Assembly (NCBI GenBank): GCA_001179505.1
Contig: CDMY01000040.1
Coordinates: forward strand, 124,001 to 188,000
Source of the DNA: Vitrella brassicaformis CCMP3155
Lineage: Eukaryota > Protista > Chromerida
DNA: 64,000 nucleotides
Direction of reading: 5' to 3'
A program made the translations under genes and the position numbers. The notes under the pieces were generated by a model. The model ran no database searches and had not been told where the DNA came from. It saw nothing but the letters and a program-made list of their open reading frames with translations. This document shows positions 60,202 through 64,000 of the stretch, piece after piece. Position 1 is the first letter of the stretch, and every line of letters starts with the position of its first letter.

Positions 60202-60451
60202 TGCACGTCAATGAGCGGTTCATCCACACACACACTGTCAAGTCAGTCGGCAAATAGAGGACATCCAAAAGTCGTGTCACTACCATCCATCCATCCATTG
60301 CACCCTGCCATGTGGTTCCTCAGTCACTCCCCATCAAAAGCGATGCACTTTGCCTGTCTATTTCACCCACGACAGGCAAAGTGGAAGGATGTCCTCTATT
60401 TGCCGACCGACTTGACAGTGTGTGTGTGGATGAACCGCTCATTGACGTGCA
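60202..60451. repeat. Foldback: 65-bp inverted repeats (1 mismatch) around a 120-bp spacer; MITE-like or hairpin
   Basis: 60202-60266 tgcacgtcaatgagcggttcatccacacacacactgtcaagtcagtcggcaaatagaggacatcc is the reverse complement of 60387-60451 except cagtc/cggtc. Confidence 0.92.
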
Positions 60452-61263
60452 TCGAAAAAAGGTAGTCGGTGGCCAAGCAGACAGGCAGACGGGATGATGT
60501 GGCCTCACTGCCATCCATCCATCCATCCATGCCTGCTTTGCATGCAGCTCACACCGACGTGCCCACTCAGTGACAATGTGCAGGCAGGCAGACAGGCTGG
60601 CAGGGAGGGAGGGAGGGAGGGGGTGGGGTGGGTGGTCTGTGCGGTTGGCTACTTGTGGGTCACAAATCCGCGGAACGTGCGATACGCAAGGTTGTCTAGG
60701 GCCACTGCGGACACGCAAGGTTGTTCATGTCCACCCACCCATGCCTTGTCTGCCCCTCCCTCCCTCTCTGCACATGCCTACACTGCAGACGGTTTTTTTT
60801 GCGTTTTAGAAGACCTTCTTGAACGGAAGGTCTCGTGGCAGCGTGTCCAGCGTGTGCAGCGTGATGATGTTGTCACGCAACGAACGATCCGCCACGCCAA
60901 TGCGAAGCCCATACCTGACACGTAAGGCAACGCACACAAACACACAGACACACAGACACACAAACACACAGGCAGAAGGAAACGGGATCAGAGACCACCT
61001 TGATGCGTCTTGTCTTGTCTGTCTTGTTTGATGCTGTGTTGTGTCTCTCCCAGGTCTTCCAATGCAAATCCGTCATCGACTGTCCACTGACCATTTCAGT
61101 CAGCCACAAGGCAGATACCACGGAAAGAAAACCAACCAGGCATCAGACACCGCCACACTGGCATCCCTTCTGTCTGTTGGTTGGTTGGCCGTCTCCGGTA
61201 GTCAGTCGTCCTTGCAAAAGTAAAAGTACCTTTAGTCGTCCATCCTTAAACCTCTCACATCGG

Positions 61264-61978
61264 TCACTTGGCACCAGCCTGGTTGTTTCGGATCTTGGCC
61301 AGCTTGGTCAGGTCGAACTCGATGTAGAGGGGGAAGTGGTCCGAGGGATTTTCACCCTGCGACACACACATACACACATACAGACACAGAGACAGGGACA
61401 GAGAAAGAGAGAGAAGAGGGAGGGAGGAATTCGTTGCTTGCAATGAGCACTTGTTGGCTGCGTACTCACCCTCCCGATCCACTCGTCCTTTTTGATGGGA
61501 TACCGCGGCGGCTCGATGAAGGGCAGGTGCGCGTCTTTGTAGGCCGCTCCGTGGTTGAGCGGCTGCACTTTCGTAATGGCATTCCAGAGGTTCTGGCTCA
61601 CCTGAATGCCACAACCAACGAACACTTCAGGTAGTCATCAAAGCAGCCGGCCGTGCGGTTTACTTACGAGTATGTGGTCGAGGAGGGAACGCTTTCCACT
61701 CCACGTGTAGCTGCAGATGGATGCCAGACAATGAAGGAGGCGCATGTGCTCGCTGCCCGCAGCAAGCTGTGTTTGCGGCTTAGATGCGGTGAAGGTTGAG
61801 CAATTAGGTACCTAAATTTGCGCCACGTCTCCACTCCTCCGTATTTGGCGGACTTGCCGATTGCGTTGGTGAGCTGGTGGTTGGTCTTGAAGCGCTGGCT
61901 GTGGGCGCCGTACTTGATGATGGGAAACACCCATGAGGTAGCCCAAGGCTTTACACACACACACACACACACACACAG

Positions 61979-62010
<32 letters not shown>

Positions 62011-63962
62011 GCATTGGTATGCTGCGGCGAGTCTTTTCTTTCATGTCTCACCGATTCCTCCTCGTCACTAAGGCTGGTGGCCAGCTCGAGAAATGATTCA
62101 TTTCCAGCAGCGAGCGGCCCAGGTAGCATGAACTCCTCCTCAGGTTCTTCTTTCTCATGCTCTCTGACATACAACACAACACAACACAGCACAGCACAGC
62201 AGAGTACGACATTGCCTCCCTTCGTAGTCAGTCCACTGACAGTGGTGACGCTCGGGCAGCCCTCCCAGCTTCAGCCTTTTTCGCAGCTTCCTTTGCCGTC
62301 TTCTTCTGTTTCTTCTGTTTCTTGGCCGCTGCTTAAACCGCTGCTTCAGCCGCTCTTTTCTCCTGCTTCTCCTGCTTCTCCTTCTCTTTCTGCAACTTTG
62401 CCTCTAGGTCTGCCTGCTCCTTTGCCTCAATCTTCGCGACCGCCTTGTCGTAGTCAATGGTCTCTTTGACCTTGGCCAGGTACTCCTGAGGCCACGCATC
62501 GCACGTGGCAAGAAAGGCAGACGGCGGATCGTCACATACAAAGAAGTGTTCGGTGTTAGTCGAAGCCTTCCATTGGCAGCTCGTACGGGTGCGTCGCGTT
62601 TTCCTTCTCCTGGTGTCGTGCATCACGCGTAGAGGGCTGCTGATCGTCGTATTCATTGAAGTCGCCCTGCAGAGGGTGACACACAGATGTGTTGAAGAGC
62701 AGACAAGGCATGGTGGCGCTGCTTCCATTTCGTGGGCAAGTGAGGTACCATGATGATGATCTCATGGTCTCCCGGGACAGATGTCGCTGGATGACAGACA
62801 CAGAGACACAAGTATCCCGATGTCGACAGGTGTTGCATGTTGCTGCAGCTATGTGTGCTACTGACTCGATGAGCTGATCGAGCAGGACGGCTTCGACCTC
62901 TCGATACATACACGCGGACTGGCCTGCAAACGTAGACACACAGACACACATATCCAAAGGTCCGTTCGCCTTCCCTCTTGAGTTCAGCTGCTGTGTGTGC
63001 ATACTTGTGGGGATGCTCTTAAGGTGGACGGTGAGTATGGTGAACGGGATGCCCTTGACGTTGGCGTCCATGCGGGCGACTTTGTTGAGTCCGATGCCTT
63101 CCGGCTCTTCTTTGTAGTTGAATTCCCTGCCGAATTCGACGCCGCTGAACTGGCAGGGACAATTGGCAGATCGATCCACCTTCGGTGCCCTCCGCCTCGA
63201 CCAATCTCTGGCTAGTGGGCCTTGTCATGTCCCACCTTTTGGCACAGGGGGTTGACTGTCGCAAAGGTCAGCGGAGCGACACTCATGCATATGGCAAAGG
63301 GGCGCATGCGTGACTTATGTGTGTACGTGGTTGTGATGGGTTCGACTGGATTAATTCTGCTGAGAAAGCCCACTTGCTGGTAGACGTGGAAGTCGTTCCC
63401 GGTGATGTGATAGGGACCTTTAGTTAAAGTCATGCACGGCAATGCCGAACACATGCCCAGGACAATGCAGAAGGGACAAACACGTGCAGCATGGGTAGCC
63501 ATACGTATACGCGTTTGAGCGATTGTTGCATTTGTATGGAGACACGGCCATGTGTACACCTGCATACCGAAGCCCTTGCGATCGAGGCCCGACAGATCCA
63601 ACAAGTCTCTAAAGACGTGGCAGCCGTCGATCTGCATGACATACGCACAAACACATCCACACGAAACAGCGCGCGAAGCGCATTACATACGCAAGGCCTC
63701 ACCTCTGACAGCGAGATGACATCCAGGCCGTCTCCGTGCTCCTTGGTGATGTTCGTGTTAAAGTAGCTGAGCCAGCTCGCCACGTCGTTGATCCGGTTCC
63801 ACTGTCATTGCCGCAGTACAACAAAGCACTGTACTTGGCATTTGCAGCTGATTGATGCATGCTTACCTGATTGATGCATGTCACGCCCTGGTTTTCGGAT
63901 GTGCCCTTGCTGACGTCCTTGGCGAACTTCTGCACTTGGGAGGCGTACTGTATCACTTCCAC
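61264..63962 (-). CDS. Endonuclease/exonuclease/phosphatase (EEP) family protein; 5' end beyond the window
   Basis: Spliced motifs DGLDVISLSE, LTVHLKS, GDFNEYD, SYTWSGKRSLLDHIL, GENPSDHFPLYIEF; stop at 61264. Confidence 0.88.
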
Positions 63963-64000
63963 GCGTCCGGCTTTTGCGCATTCCCGCCGCGCGACTGTTG

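Noticed and set aside
60805-61090. Minus-strand block YGLRIGVADRSLRDNIITLHTLDTLPRDLPFKKVF-TAA
   Set aside because: It looks like a protein C-terminus but I could not link it to a gene or family; insufficient support.
62333-62335. Ciliate-type TAA=Gln code as the explanation of the in-frame stop
   Set aside because: Other genes here end properly in TAA or TAG (3641, 35720, 42168), and long exons contain no internal TAA/TAG.
1-64000. rRNA, tRNA, CRISPR array, operons, RT/integrase/transposase
   Set aside because: No cloverleaf or T-loop context, no equal-length repeat-spacer array and no such protein motifs were seen by eye; a tRNAscan/Infernal/Dfam run could still find weak cases.
1-64000. 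Hundreds of 60-200 aa ORFs in the supplied track
   Set aside because: Most read through microsatellite introns (VCVCV, SLSLS, THTH) or are antisense shadows of GC-rich exons.

Overview
This is intron-rich eukaryotic nuclear DNA, not prokaryotic. It has short GT-AG introns full of (GT)n, (CAGA)n and (GGAT)n microsatellites, and one 300-N gap. Gene content (TmcB-like, FAM161, SP-RING ligase, possible bipartite leaders) and intron style suggest a chromerid alveolate such as Vitrella; this is inference only. Most entries in the ORF track are shadow or microsatellite ORFs, so gene models were rebuilt by hand from splice sites and motifs, and exon boundaries are approximate. Recognisable genes are a class I SAM methyltransferase, an LpxH-like metallophosphoesterase, an AT-hook/DEK_C chromatin protein, a PP2C with a frameshift, an SP-RING SUMO ligase, a large TmcB-like membrane protein, a secreted Cys-rich protein, an SDR, a FAM161-like protein, a multi-pass membrane protein and an EEP-family enzyme. 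The most striking structure is a 3.3-kb block carrying a signal-peptide-led Crinkler-like NTPase + PD-(D/E)xK nuclease gene, bracketed by 254-bp near-identical direct repeats made from the 5' end of the neighbouring SDR gene. A second local 5'-end duplication (metallophosphoesterase exons next to a histidyl-tRNA synthetase relic), a frameshifted 2.7-kb ORF with atypical codon usage, and a 65-bp foldback also stand out. No rRNA, tRNA or CRISPR array was seen.
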